Of a stretch of 46,794 bases of DNA, positions 18,601 through 26,983 are shown piece by piece (the first letter of the stretch is position 1; each line of letters begins with the position of its first letter). The stretch spans positions 1 to 46,794 of IMG/VR virus record IMGVR_UViG_3300032290_001318; one strand, given 5' to 3'. The position numbers and the translations under genes were made by a program. A model generated the notes under the pieces. The model made no database searches and was not told the DNA's origin. It saw only the letters and a program-made list of their open reading frames with translations. The stretch comes from a virus (lineage: Duplodnaviria; Caudoviricetes).

Positions 18601-19988
18601 TTCAGGTCTCCTGGCTGGATGAATTGAGTCTCGTAGCCCTCACGCTGATAGGCTTTGTCACGAGCCTGCGTGTGCTTGCTGCCAAATGCGCCCGTGTCAC
18701 CAATGTCCCAGACCTCAAACTCGGTCTTGCCTTCGGCAATACGAGCGCCGCGTCCCAACCTCTGAAGGGTGGCGATGGTCGACTTGTATCCGGTAGCAAC
18801 GATCACGGAAGCGAGCTCGGGGATATTGACGCCGTCGTTGAAGACAGATGAGGCCACAATCACATCGTACTCACCCTTTCTTGTCTTGCTGATGATTTCT
18901 TGCCGCCGCTCTGGGTGCGTCCGTTGGTCAACCGCTGCGGCGGAAATGCCTGCGCTGCTCAGGCGCTCATGCACCATGTTGACGTGCTCGTTGCGGAGCA
19001 CGAACAGGATGCTTGGCTTGGATGCCTTCAATGCTACCTGAGCAAGAAGCTCGTTCCTGGAATTGTTCTTGACGATGCAGTGGCGATACAGGGCAGCAGG
19101 CTCGCTGTATCTGGCCGCCTTTCCATCATCGGCGTGCAGGAAACTCACGAACTTGATCTTCGGCTTGGCGACATAGCCGAGGTCCATCAGCTCGGTCGTG
19201 CTGATCTCATAGGCGATGGGTCCGAACTCACCAATGGCGAGGATGCTTTTCTCGTCCGACCGATCGAGCGGCGTCGCGGAAAATCCGATGCGGTAGTAGG
19301 CATTCTTGCACGCCCGTATTGCCTTCAGGTGACTTTCCGCCGACCCGGTATGCACCTCGTCGACAATGATGCCGTTGGCCTTTTCGAGGATGGGCAGCAC
19401 CTGATCCCATTTCGAGCGTGCCTGGCTGAAGGTCAGGATGGTGACCTTCTTTGGCTTGAAGCACCCCTGCTTGATGACGCCCGGCTTCTCTGCCAGCGCG
19501 GCCTCGTACTCGGCGGCCATCTGATCAACGAGGGTGTCCTTTGGACAGAACACGACCCAATTGATGTCCGGCTGTGATGCCATGCAGCCGACAGCACAGA
19601 GCGTCTTGCCGGAACCGAGCGGCGCTTTGACGATGCCGAACGACCGCGTCATGACCTTCTCGATGGCGGCGCGCTGGAATGGGCGCGGCACCTTACCGAG
19701 GTCGTCGAGGACCTTGAAGTTGGGGTCACCGCCCGGACGCTTGCGCGCACCCGTCACCGTGACCGTCTTGCCTTCATGGCTGAAAAGCATCCTGACCGTC
19801 GGGGTGTGGCCGATGGGGAAGGTCATCCGACGCTCGTCAAGCATGGACAGCTTGGCGGGCACGAACTGGCGCATCCTCGGCACCCACTGCTTTGTCTCGA
19901 AGGTCAGGATGGAGCGCAGCAAGGTCGGCTCTTCGTCGTCCTCGAAGGCTTCGACTTCTGCATAGCTGTCATGGAGAACAAGTTTCAT
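18597..19988 (-). CDS. superfamily 2 DExH helicase (UvsW-like)
   Basis: APLGSGKT, IIVDEVH, SAT, GVNIP, QRLGRGAR. Confidence 0.92.
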   Translation of the reverse strand: MKLVLHDSYAEVEAFEDDEEPTLLRSILTFETKQWVPRMRQFVPAKLSMLDERRMTFPIGHTPTVRMLFSHEGKTVTVTGARKRPGGDPNFKVLDDLGKVPRPFQRAAIEKVMTRSFGIVKAPLGSGKTLCAVGCMASQPDINWVVFCPKDTLVDQMAAEYEAALAEKPGVIKQGCFKPKKVTILTFSQARSKWDQVLPILEKANGIIVDEVHTGSAESHLKAIRACKNAYYRIGFSATPLDRSDEKSILAIGEFGPIAYEISTTELMDLGYVAKPKIKFVSFLHADDGKAARYSEPAALYRHCIVKNNSRNELLAQVALKASKPSILFVLRNEHVNMVHERLSSAGISAAAVDQRTHPERRQEIISKTRKGEYDVIVASSVFNDGVNIPELASVIVATGYKSTIATLQRLGRGARIAEGKTEFEVWDIGDTGAFGSKHTQARDKAYQREGYETQFIQPGDLK

Positions 19989-19997
19989 GTGCAGCCC

Positions 19998-20579
19998 TCA
20001 GAGAAGCCCGCCGCATTCGATGAACCAGCGGCCGACGTGATAGGCGTCAGCTTGATCATCGGATGACGGTCGTACACCCAGCTCACGCTCGGCCAGCTTG
20101 ACGCTGACCTCTTTGCCGAGCTTGCCATTGTCGCCCTTCGGCCACACGACGCCGTAGATTTGCTTCGAGGCGTCATGCCATGTGTTCGGGTCGACGAAGT
20201 GCAGGGCAGGTCCTTCGGGTTCCTCTGCCTTCAAGTAGGTCAAGATACGTCCGCGCATTTCGCCCATGAGCATCGTCGACTTCTGGCTCTTGAAGCTCGA
20301 CCGTTCCATTACCAGGTGCGCTACGTCGCGTCCGTGTTGGATCAACTCCCAAACACCACGAAGCGTCGGGCTGCTCTTTTCTTTGTGGTAGGTCTCCACA
20401 TCCTTAGCGGCCAGGCAGTACGGATGCTTTTCTTTACCAGGGACAACAATCACTGACCCCATGGCCTTGCCGGCTTTCGTCACCCACACGTCGAAAATGC
20501 ACAACGGCTGCTTACCTTCCCACACGCACACGCCCGTGTTAGCTGCAGCGTCAACGCTTATCCAAATCTTGTTAGCCAT
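19998..20579 (-). CDS. RuvC-like Holliday junction resolvase
   Basis: N-terminal ISVDAAANTGV, LVMER, VDPNTW, C-terminal DDQADA. Confidence 0.75.
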   Translation of the reverse strand: MANKIWISVDAAANTGVCVWEGKQPLCIFDVWVTKAGKAMGSVIVVPGKEKHPYCLAAKDVETYHKEKSSPTLRGVWELIQHGRDVAHLVMERSSFKSQKSTMLMGEMRGRILTYLKAEEPEGPALHFVDPNTWHDASKQIYGVVWPKGDNGKLGKEVSVKLAERELGVRPSSDDQADAYHVGRWFIECGGLL

Positions 20580-20582
20580 ATC

Positions 20583-21632
20583 TTATCCTGTGTCTTGAGC
20601 TTTAGCTCGTCGGATTGATTTGATTGTAGCCTCGATTACCTGCTCTTTCAATTCGGATGGTGTCTCTTGGTCGTTTTCTATGTAGAACCTAACTTCTTCT
20701 TCAAGAGTAGCACCCGATCTTAGTGCTTCAGCTACTTTTGCTACCTGATTTTCCTTCTGAACAGCAGAGGGGCTAACACGGACACGGGACAGCATGTGCT
20801 TGGGTATCTCGATACCTTCTTCTCCAACGAGGTCGATGTAGGGCTCCATGTCGTCGGCCTTGGCCTTCTGATAAAGCTGCTCAGCCTCTTCGACAGAATG
20901 TGCGCGTATGAACCTCGGTCCGGGGATGCGCACCCGCGTGGCTTTGTTGTCGATGAACACCAGTGACCCGTAGGGGTCGTACTTACCGGGGACGTAGGCT
21001 CGATTTGTCCAGTTGACGGGAGCGAGCGCTCCGACCTGGACGACGTTCCCCCACCTCTGGTGCTCATGCCAGTCACCGGACAGGTAGAGCTTGACGCCGT
21101 TGGAGCTCATCCACTCCTTCAGCTTCTTTTCGTGCATGACCCAAGGCGCTGCGGCTTTAATCGGGTGGGTGCTGTCGTCTGCAATTCCGTGGTGCGCGAT
21201 AACGACGTCGGCCTTGATGGTGTCGGGCAGCTTGTAGCCGTAGGGCAGGAAATAGACGCTCGGGTTTCGCTCAAGCAGGGTGGGCTTTTCGTACACGTTC
21301 ACAATCCCTGCAAAGGGTGCGAGGGCGTGGTCTCCCGGTGCTGAGCTGTGCTGGTCGTGATTTCCGACCATCAGGTGGATATTCATCCCACGGGATTTCC
21401 ACTCCATGAACATAGTCACGAGCGCCCCGATCATATCGGGGAAGGGATGGTCTGTATCGAAGACGTCGCCTGCGATCACGAAGTCACTGACGAAACGCTC
21501 ATGGGCTTCTGAGAAGGCTTCGTTGAGGACTTCCAGGATTTTCCGGCAACGATCGTTCATCCGCCCGACCGTCTCTCCAGAGAAAGCCGAGTGGTTGCCG
21601 ACGTGAACGTCGGCCACAACAGCAAGAAGCAT
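20583..21632 (-). CDS. sbcD: SbcD/Mre11 (gp47-like) metallophosphoesterase nuclease
   Basis: ADVH, GDVFD, GNHD, AHH, SGDWH motifs; GGAGG SD. Confidence 0.9.
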   Translation of the reverse strand: MLLAVVADVHVGNHSAFSGETVGRMNDRCRKILEVLNEAFSEAHERFVSDFVIAGDVFDTDHPFPDMIGALVTMFMEWKSRGMNIHLMVGNHDQHSSAPGDHALAPFAGIVNVYEKPTLLERNPSVYFLPYGYKLPDTIKADVVIAHHGIADDSTHPIKAAAPWVMHEKKLKEWMSSNGVKLYLSGDWHEHQRWGNVVQVGALAPVNWTNRAYVPGKYDPYGSLVFIDNKATRVRIPGPRFIRAHSVEEAEQLYQKAKADDMEPYIDLVGEEGIEIPKHMLSRVRVSPSAVQKENQVAKVAEALRSGATLEEEVRFYIENDQETPSELKEQVIEATIKSIRRAKAQDTG

Positions 21633-21644
21633 ATAACCTCCAAG

Positions 21645-21686
21645 AAAAAAGCCCGGCGAGTAGGGTGGACACTACTCGCCGGGCTT
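21645..21686 (-). terminator. intrinsic terminator downstream of SSB gene
   Basis: GCCCGGCGAGTAG / CTACTCGCCGGGC perfect stem followed on the minus strand by TTTTTT. Confidence 0.85.
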
Positions 21687-21724
21687 GGAGCTCACCTCAC
21701 CGCGTCGGTTCGATGAGGGAGCGA

Positions 21725-22606
21725 TTACTCCTCGGAAAAGAACGAGTCATCGATCTGGACGCTGACCGAGTCCTGAGCACGCGGGCCGCGAGGGGCCGAC
21801 TGCTGAGGGGCAGCGCCAAGACCGAGCTGTTGTCCTCCGAGGTTAGGACGGTTGGCGGATACCCTTGGGGCCTGTCTTCCCCCTCCGCCCATACCGTCCT
21901 TGAGACGAAGACCGGGACCCTTGCCATCGAGGTAGTTCACCATCGTGGCGGACGCCGATAGCTCAGGCACGACAACTTCAGCCCTGAGGTCGTGGAGCTT
22001 GGGTCCGAGTTCGATCTTCGCCGGGCTGCGCATGATACCACCAGTCTCTCTGCTGATGGCGGCCTGCGCAGTGTACCATGGCGCTGCCTCGTACTTGGAC
22101 ACCTCGATGAGGTAGCCGTTCTGAGGATGCGTGAAATCGCCGAGTCGGTGGTGCAGGCTGGCGAGACGGCTCTTCTCATCGGTGCCGATGAGGAGCTTGT
22201 ACAGCGTCAGCTTGACACGCATGATCTTGACGGTGCCGGGGTCGCAGGTGACGTCCTCAACGTTGGCGAGGTACTCGCTGCCAGCCTTGATACGCTCCGC
22301 GAGCTTCACGTCTTCGCTGTTGCCTGTCATCATGAGCTTTGAAGCAAAGTCGCAGATGGGGCAGTGCTCACCGACGAGGGTGCGACACACGAGGCTACCA
22401 CCCTTGCCGTCACCCATGTCGTCGAACCAGTGGGTCTTCGAGGGGAGGAAGGGCACGTCACCACGGCGGGAGTAGAAGCGGATGTGGCGCGAGGCCGGTC
22501 CGTCCTTCCACGAGAGAAACTTGGAGGCGCCAAAGGCCGAGCGGTCAGCCTTTTCCTGGCTCTTGATGGTCGCAGCGTCGAGTTCACCAAAGTAATCGTA
22601 AGACAT
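21725..22606 (-). CDS. single-stranded DNA-binding protein (T4 gp32-like)
   Basis: IRF...HW...LVC.....CPICD Zn motif, GDFTHPQNGY, acidic/aromatic tail DDSFFSEE; AAAGG SD. Confidence 0.8.
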   Translation of the reverse strand: MSYDYFGELDAATIKSQEKADRSAFGASKFLSWKDGPASRHIRFYSRRGDVPFLPSKTHWFDDMGDGKGGSLVCRTLVGEHCPICDFASKLMMTGNSEDVKLAERIKAGSEYLANVEDVTCDPGTVKIMRVKLTLYKLLIGTDEKSRLASLHHRLGDFTHPQNGYLIEVSKYEAAPWYTAQAAISRETGGIMRSPAKIELGPKLHDLRAEVVVPELSASATMVNYLDGKGPGLRLKDGMGGGGRQAPRVSANRPNLGGQQLGLGAAPQQSAPRGPRAQDSVSVQIDDSFFSEE

Positions 22607-22648
22607 GTTCACACCTTTCTGTGTTGCAGTAGAAACAAGGGGTATTGG

Positions 22649-23062
22649 TTAGCGAGCACCGGAGAAACGGAGAGTATCGAGCTCTGCTCGCTGCAGAGCG
22701 GACAGCGACACGAGCATGTCGCGCTTACAATTGTAAGCCTCCTTCTTGGCTTCGAGCAGATAGCACTTTTCCTCGGCGTCGAGAAGGGCTTCCTGCGCAG
22801 CCTTGACCTTCGGATGAAGGGCAACTTCCATCTTGATGGCATCTTCCGTCGGCTTCTTGTCGACGATGCCGTTCTTGAAGAGGTCGCGCTCGTGCTTTTC
22901 AACAACAAAGCGGATCATCTTCACTTCCTGTTCAGCGCGAGCACGGACGACACGGGCTTTTGCAAGCTCTTCGATAACGGAGGCGTACTCGCCGGGCAGG
23001 CGGGCCATCTCGTCTTTCATCTGCTCACTATCAATTACAGCGACAAAGTTGTTGTTATTCAT
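22649..23062 (-). CDS. UvsY-like recombination mediator
   Basis: All-helical 137 aa with KPTEDAIK..V...P and KRDML.L motifs; between polymerase and SSB. Confidence 0.7.
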   Translation of the reverse strand: MNNNNFVAVIDSEQMKDEMARLPGEYASVIEELAKARVVRARAEQEVKMIRFVVEKHERDLFKNGIVDKKPTEDAIKMEVALHPKVKAAQEALLDAEEKCYLLEAKKEAYNCKRDMLVSLSALQRAELDTLRFSGAR

Positions 23063-26000
23063 ACGGACACCTTTTGGAGTGAGCCCCAGGCATAGCCAAC
23101 CTCGGCTTCAACCTTGAGCGGGACAGGTCCTGTCGGCCAGGACGTCATCAGGTGTGCCTTAGTTCTTGTGACCTCGTCAACAAAATCTTCGCGCACCTCT
23201 GAAATAATTGAATCGTGAACCAAGCAAACGATGCTCGCAGGTATTGAATTGGCTCTATACCACTCATCAATTTTAACTGCTGAGCTTAGACAGATGTCGC
23301 TGGCAAGGCTTTGAATGGGGCTATTTACTGCCCCACGCTCAGCATTGCCACGCTCTCCGTTGTCTGCGGAGTGGATATTCAACAAAGGCCGGCGTCGCCC
23401 AATGGTTCCATCGAGCCACGGGATGTCCACGCAGGCGTTATCCCTTGCGAACTGGACCTGATCACGCATCCACGCCTTGAGCTTTTTGTACTTCGTTAAG
23501 AATCCTGTGATCAGACGCTCGGCGGCTTGAATACTACACCCGACGCTCTCTGCGATGCTGTGGGGGCCGGCGCCGTAGAGGATCGCGAAGCCGAGGGTCT
23601 TGGCAGTGTCACGCTTGCTCTTGTTGCCGCTCTTGATCTCAGCCTCGACAGCCTCTGGTGTTGTGTTCCATGCGAGCTGAGCCAACGCCTTCGCCGTCTC
23701 GGTGTGGAAGTCGCCCTGGGCTGCAACGGCCATGTCCGGGTCGCCCGACAGCACGGCTGCGATACGGATTTCCAAGATCGCGAAGTCCAAACAGACCAGC
23801 TTGTAGCCCTTGGTGGCCACGAAGCAGTTCTTGATCAGCTTCGCCATTTCCCCGCGAGAAGGTATGGTTTGGAGGGCGGGCGACGTACAGTTGTGTGCGA
23901 AGAACCCCTCGATACATGCGGAGTGGTCGTCCTCGACCGTGAAGTCGAATACTTCGCACTCCCCCGCCTCCTCGACATCGATCACTCTTTCGTATCCAGT
24001 AAGGCTAACGCCTGATCTATAACTTTGTCTGGATTGCTTTTCACATCCAGCTCTCTCGCGCGAAGGACTCTGTAGCCCGCGTTCTCGAACAGCTGAGTCT
24101 GCAGTACATCCAATGCCTGACGGCTCTTCAACCTGTGCGTACCGTCGTCCACTTCCACAACTACTTTGTTGTGAATAGTAAAGTCGGCTATCCGATGTGA
24201 GCCCTGATGTGTAATCTTTACTTGTCTTGCATGCGGTATGTTTCTTTGAAGAAGATGTCTTGCAAGACAGTTTTCTCCTTCTGAATGTGTAAACGCCAGG
24301 TGAGGAGGGCAGTCTTTCCTGTACTGCTCCCGCATTACACGCATGAGCTTCTTGAAGCGATAGCTCAAGTAGCTCATGTTGAGCCAAGCCCTGTACGCTG
24401 CATCGAAGAAAGCTGCGGGGTTTGTCTTCGCGTCTACAGACAAGTGGGCTATTCCAGGCGAAAACCTTTCTAAAGCCACGAAGTCCTCGTGGGATAGAGA
24501 CTTGGTCTTCGTGAAGAGTACTTCTGAATTTGCTTCCAGACCCAGTGCAGCTAGATTTGACTTGATAGCTGACTCGCTGTGCCCCGTCATCTTGTGCAGC
24601 TGCCAGACAGTAAGGCCCGACCTTGCCATCTCTTGAATCTCTTGATCGGGAATGACCACCTTCCGTCCAGCACCTTTCTTGTTCCCGATACTTTTTACGG
24701 CTATGGCCTTGGCCCTTCTCATCTCTATGTGAGCTGCGTAGTCCGATTGGTAGGCTCTTGTCGTGTTGAAGAACAGCTTTCTTGTCACACCAAGATTTAC
24801 CAGAGCGTCGCGCCACCTCATCTTCGCAGAGAAGTACATCCATAGCCACGGCTTTAGCGGAAGGCGCTGCCGATTGCTCCGAGCCCATTCCGTTAAACTG
24901 TCTTTGGGCCAGGTCTGCATCCAAGCCTCGAACAGTTGATATTTCTCCTTCGAGTGACTCCAGGCGCTCAGGTCTGAGAACCTGAGCGTTACTTCCTCTA
25001 GTGTCGCCAGCCTGAACCCATGACTCAGAGGTGTGTAGTCTGTGGTCACTGGTGACTCGGATTTGCTTACCATCTTTTGACCTCACGAAGACCGTCGGCC
25101 TGACGCCGTTAGACCAGCAGGCAGTGACCCTTCGCCATCTGCCCTCGTGTGTGATGGTATAAACTGTTTTACTTGTTAGCAACGATTCAAGTTCATCAAA
25201 CCGTACCCAGCCGTGATTGGTGAGCATCCGGCATTCACCAGCGATGCAACTCAACCGCCCAGACCGGGCTCCATCTAGCAGGAAGCTAGGATGCACGCGA
25301 CCGTCGGCGCGGATGTAGCCGGGCAACGTGTCCGCATATGACGACAGAAGCTTGGCGAGTTTCCGGTGGCGCAGGATTGCAGCGATCAGCTCGTTCTTGC
25401 TCTCGACCAGCTTGAGAGCTTTCGCGTTGGTGCTGGCGAGGCCCTTGTCGGTCTTGATCGGCGAATCAATCCCCATGTTTTCTAGCCAGACCCGGATAGT
25501 GTCTGGCTTGTCTGGATCGAGACCCTCCCGCTCAAACCTCGGGGCGAGGCTCGCGATCTCTGTTTCGAGGTACTGACGGGCGGCTTGGATGCCGTTGACG
25601 TCAACGGCCATACCTTTGTACTCGATGCGCTTGAACAACTCAGAGGCGGGCAGCACCAGCCGGTGGAGGGTTTTCTCCAGAGGTCCAAGCAGCCCACGCG
25701 CGTGTTGACAAACAGCGGCGGTGACCTTCGTGTCGAGGGCGTTGTACCGGGACAGCACTTCGCTCGGCAGGTATTTGTAGGCGTAGGCCTTGGCGTTGAC
25801 GCCTTCAATATCCGGGTCGAGGTCTTCCTTGGCGGACAGAATGGCCTGCTGCATCCATTCCTTCGCTTCTGTCTTATGGGCGTTGACCCCGACGTAGAAG
25901 CCGAGCGACTCAAGATCAGCCTTCGAGTCAGCGTTGGCCAGCTTCATTTCCAGCCGGCAATCGCCGTCGACCGGCGCGACCGTCACACCTTTCCAGATAA

Positions 26001-26982
26001 GCCACGAAAGGGCGTCGTACTTCTCGTTCTGCCCGCGCTTCCTGATTGTCGGATCGGTGAGCAGCTGAACCAGCCGCTCCGTGAGAGCAGGGTTGTCGAG
26101 CGCTTGCTTATCCCACAGCAGCACATGCGGGATCGACGTGGCCGCAACGCTGCACATGATGATGGAGAAATCCGGGTTGTGCATGACGCCGTTGGTCTCG
26201 ACGTCGTAGGCAATCCAACCTGTGGTCTGGCGGACACGCTCTACCCAACGCTCTACGGCGGGCAAATCCTCTACGCCTTCGACGATATAGGCCATGCCCA
26301 CAGGTCTGTGATCAGGAAAATCGGCCTTGAGCGCCCACTCGACTTCCGAGTCGATGATTTCCCTGTGAACCCTCGACCGGTTGTAGGCGATAGGGTCCAT
26401 GAGCGACACGACGGGGATGCGTCGGTTGGAGACGTACTGGTCCTCGGTCGCTACTTCTTCTGGAATGGCTGTCCAGCACCATCTGTTCACCCACGCCGGC
26501 ACCGAAATACCGAGCACCGACTTGGAGGCGTTGGCCCCGAAGCAGAGAATCCGGTCGGGCTTGAATTGGTGGTAGGACATCCGCAGGTACGGACTGCACC
26601 GCGTCATCTGCGACTCGGTCGTGGCGCCGGTACCGCAGCGGATCGGAATGTCGATGAGCAGGTCGCCCTCGAAGCCTACCCGTCGGATGAGGTCAACCAT
26701 GTGGTCGACCGTCACGCCGAAGCTGAGATAGCTGAACACGCAAAGCACGCGCCCCTGCTCGGGATGCTTTCCCCGCATGAGGCGCGGCTTCACGATTGCG
26801 TCAGCTTCGCGCTTCTTTGCTCGGCTGCACATGGTGCAGCCGTTGCCAACAACCCCTACCAGCTTCTGCTTGCCGCTATCGAGGATCTTGAAAACTTCAC
26901 GGGTCTCGTTGAGCGGCCACTTCTCACCGTCGATGATGGGCGCAGTGTCAATGTGAGGCGGGTAGAGGTTTATGGTCTTCAT
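23059..26982 (-). CDS. polA: family A DNA polymerase with N-terminal UDG-like domain, 3'-5' exonuclease and an intein
   Basis: Exo YDVET, QNEKYD, YNALD; SGRLS|C..P.LQTIP; motif A DFAILEIR, B KTLGFAILYG, C VHDSI; likely start ATG 26982 (the extension to 27228 overlaps the upstream gene). Confidence 0.93.
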   Translation of the reverse strand: MKTINLYPPHIDTAPIIDGEKWPLNETREVFKILDSGKQKLVGVVGNGCTMCSRAKKREADAIVKPRLMRGKHPEQGRVLCVFSYLSFGVTVDHMVDLIRRVGFEGDLLIDIPIRCGTGATTESQMTRCSPYLRMSYHQFKPDRILCFGANASKSVLGISVPAWVNRWCWTAIPEEVATEDQYVSNRRIPVVSLMDPIAYNRSRVHREIIDSEVEWALKADFPDHRPVGMAYIVEGVEDLPAVERWVERVRQTTGWIAYDVETNGVMHNPDFSIIMCSVAATSIPHVLLWDKQALDNPALTERLVQLLTDPTIRKRGQNEKYDALSWLIWKGVTVAPVDGDCRLEMKLANADSKADLESLGFYVGVNAHKTEAKEWMQQAILSAKEDLDPDIEGVNAKAYAYKYLPSEVLSRYNALDTKVTAAVCQHARGLLGPLEKTLHRLVLPASELFKRIEYKGMAVDVNGIQAARQYLETEIASLAPRFEREGLDPDKPDTIRVWLENMGIDSPIKTDKGLASTNAKALKLVESKNELIAAILRHRKLAKLLSSYADTLPGYIRADGRVHPSFLLDGARSGRLSCIAGECRMLTNHGWVRFDELESLLTSKTVYTITHEGRWRRVTACWSNGVRPTVFVRSKDGKQIRVTSDHRLHTSESWVQAGDTRGSNAQVLRPERLESLEGEISTVRGLDADLAQRQFNGMGSEQSAAPSAKAVAMDVLLCEDEVARRSGKSWCDKKAVLQHDKSLPIGLRSSHRDEKGQGHSRKKYREQERCWTEGGHSRSRDSRDGKVGPYCLAAAQDDGAQRVSYQVKSSCTGSGSKFRSTLHEDQVSIPRGLRGFRKVFAWNSPLVCRREDKPRSFLRCSVQGLAQHELLELSLQEAHACNAGAVQERLPSSPGVYTFRRRKLSCKTSSSKKHTACKTSKDYTSGLTSDSRLYYSQQSSCGSGRRYAQVEEPSGIGCTADSAVRERGLQSPSRERAGCEKQSRQSYRSGVSLTGYERVIDVEEAGECEVFDFTVEDDHSACIEGFFAHNCTSPALQTIPSRGEMAKLIKNCFVATKGYKLVCLDFAILEIRIAAVLSGDPDMAVAAQGDFHTETAKALAQLAWNTTPEAVEAEIKSGNKSKRDTAKTLGFAILYGAGPHSIAESVGCSIQAAERLITGFLTKYKKLKAWMRDQVQFARDNACVDIPWLDGTIGRRRPLLNIHSADNGERGNAERGAVNSPIQSLASDICLSSAVKIDEWYRANSIPASIVCLVHDSIISEVREDFVDEVTRTKAHLMTSWPTGPVPLKVEAEVGYAWGSLQKVSV
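23890..25248 (-). mobile_element. intein in DNA polymerase (453 aa, class 1)
   Basis: Block A CIAGECRMLT..GW, block B VTSDHRL, block F VFDFTVEDDHS, block G FAHN followed by Cys+1; removal restores GRLS-CTSPALQTIP. Confidence 0.93.
23982..24920 (-). CDS. nested +1-frame HTH + DUF559/Vsr-like (PD-(D/E)xK) endonuclease inside the polymerase intein
   Basis: HSEGE..L...L; RIADF....VVVEVDDGTH...D..Q...ENAGYRVLR; HTH-like GLTVWQLHKMTGHSESAIKSNL; GAGG SD before ATG 24920 (alternative start 25073 also has GAGGT). Confidence 0.82.
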   Translation of the reverse strand: MQTWPKDSLTEWARSNRQRLPLKPWLWMYFSAKMRWRDALVNLGVTRKLFFNTTRAYQSDYAAHIEMRRAKAIAVKSIGNKKGAGRKVVIPDQEIQEMARSGLTVWQLHKMTGHSESAIKSNLAALGLEANSEVLFTKTKSLSHEDFVALERFSPGIAHLSVDAKTNPAAFFDAAYRAWLNMSYLSYRFKKLMRVMREQYRKDCPPHLAFTHSEGENCLARHLLQRNIPHARQVKITHQGSHRIADFTIHNKVVVEVDDGTHRLKSRQALDVLQTQLFENAGYRVLRARELDVKSNPDKVIDQALALLDTKE

Positions 26983-26983
26983 A

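Noticed and set aside
18260-18622. Poly-Ser plus-strand ORF
   Set aside because: Antisense reading of the GAN codons of the acidic protein
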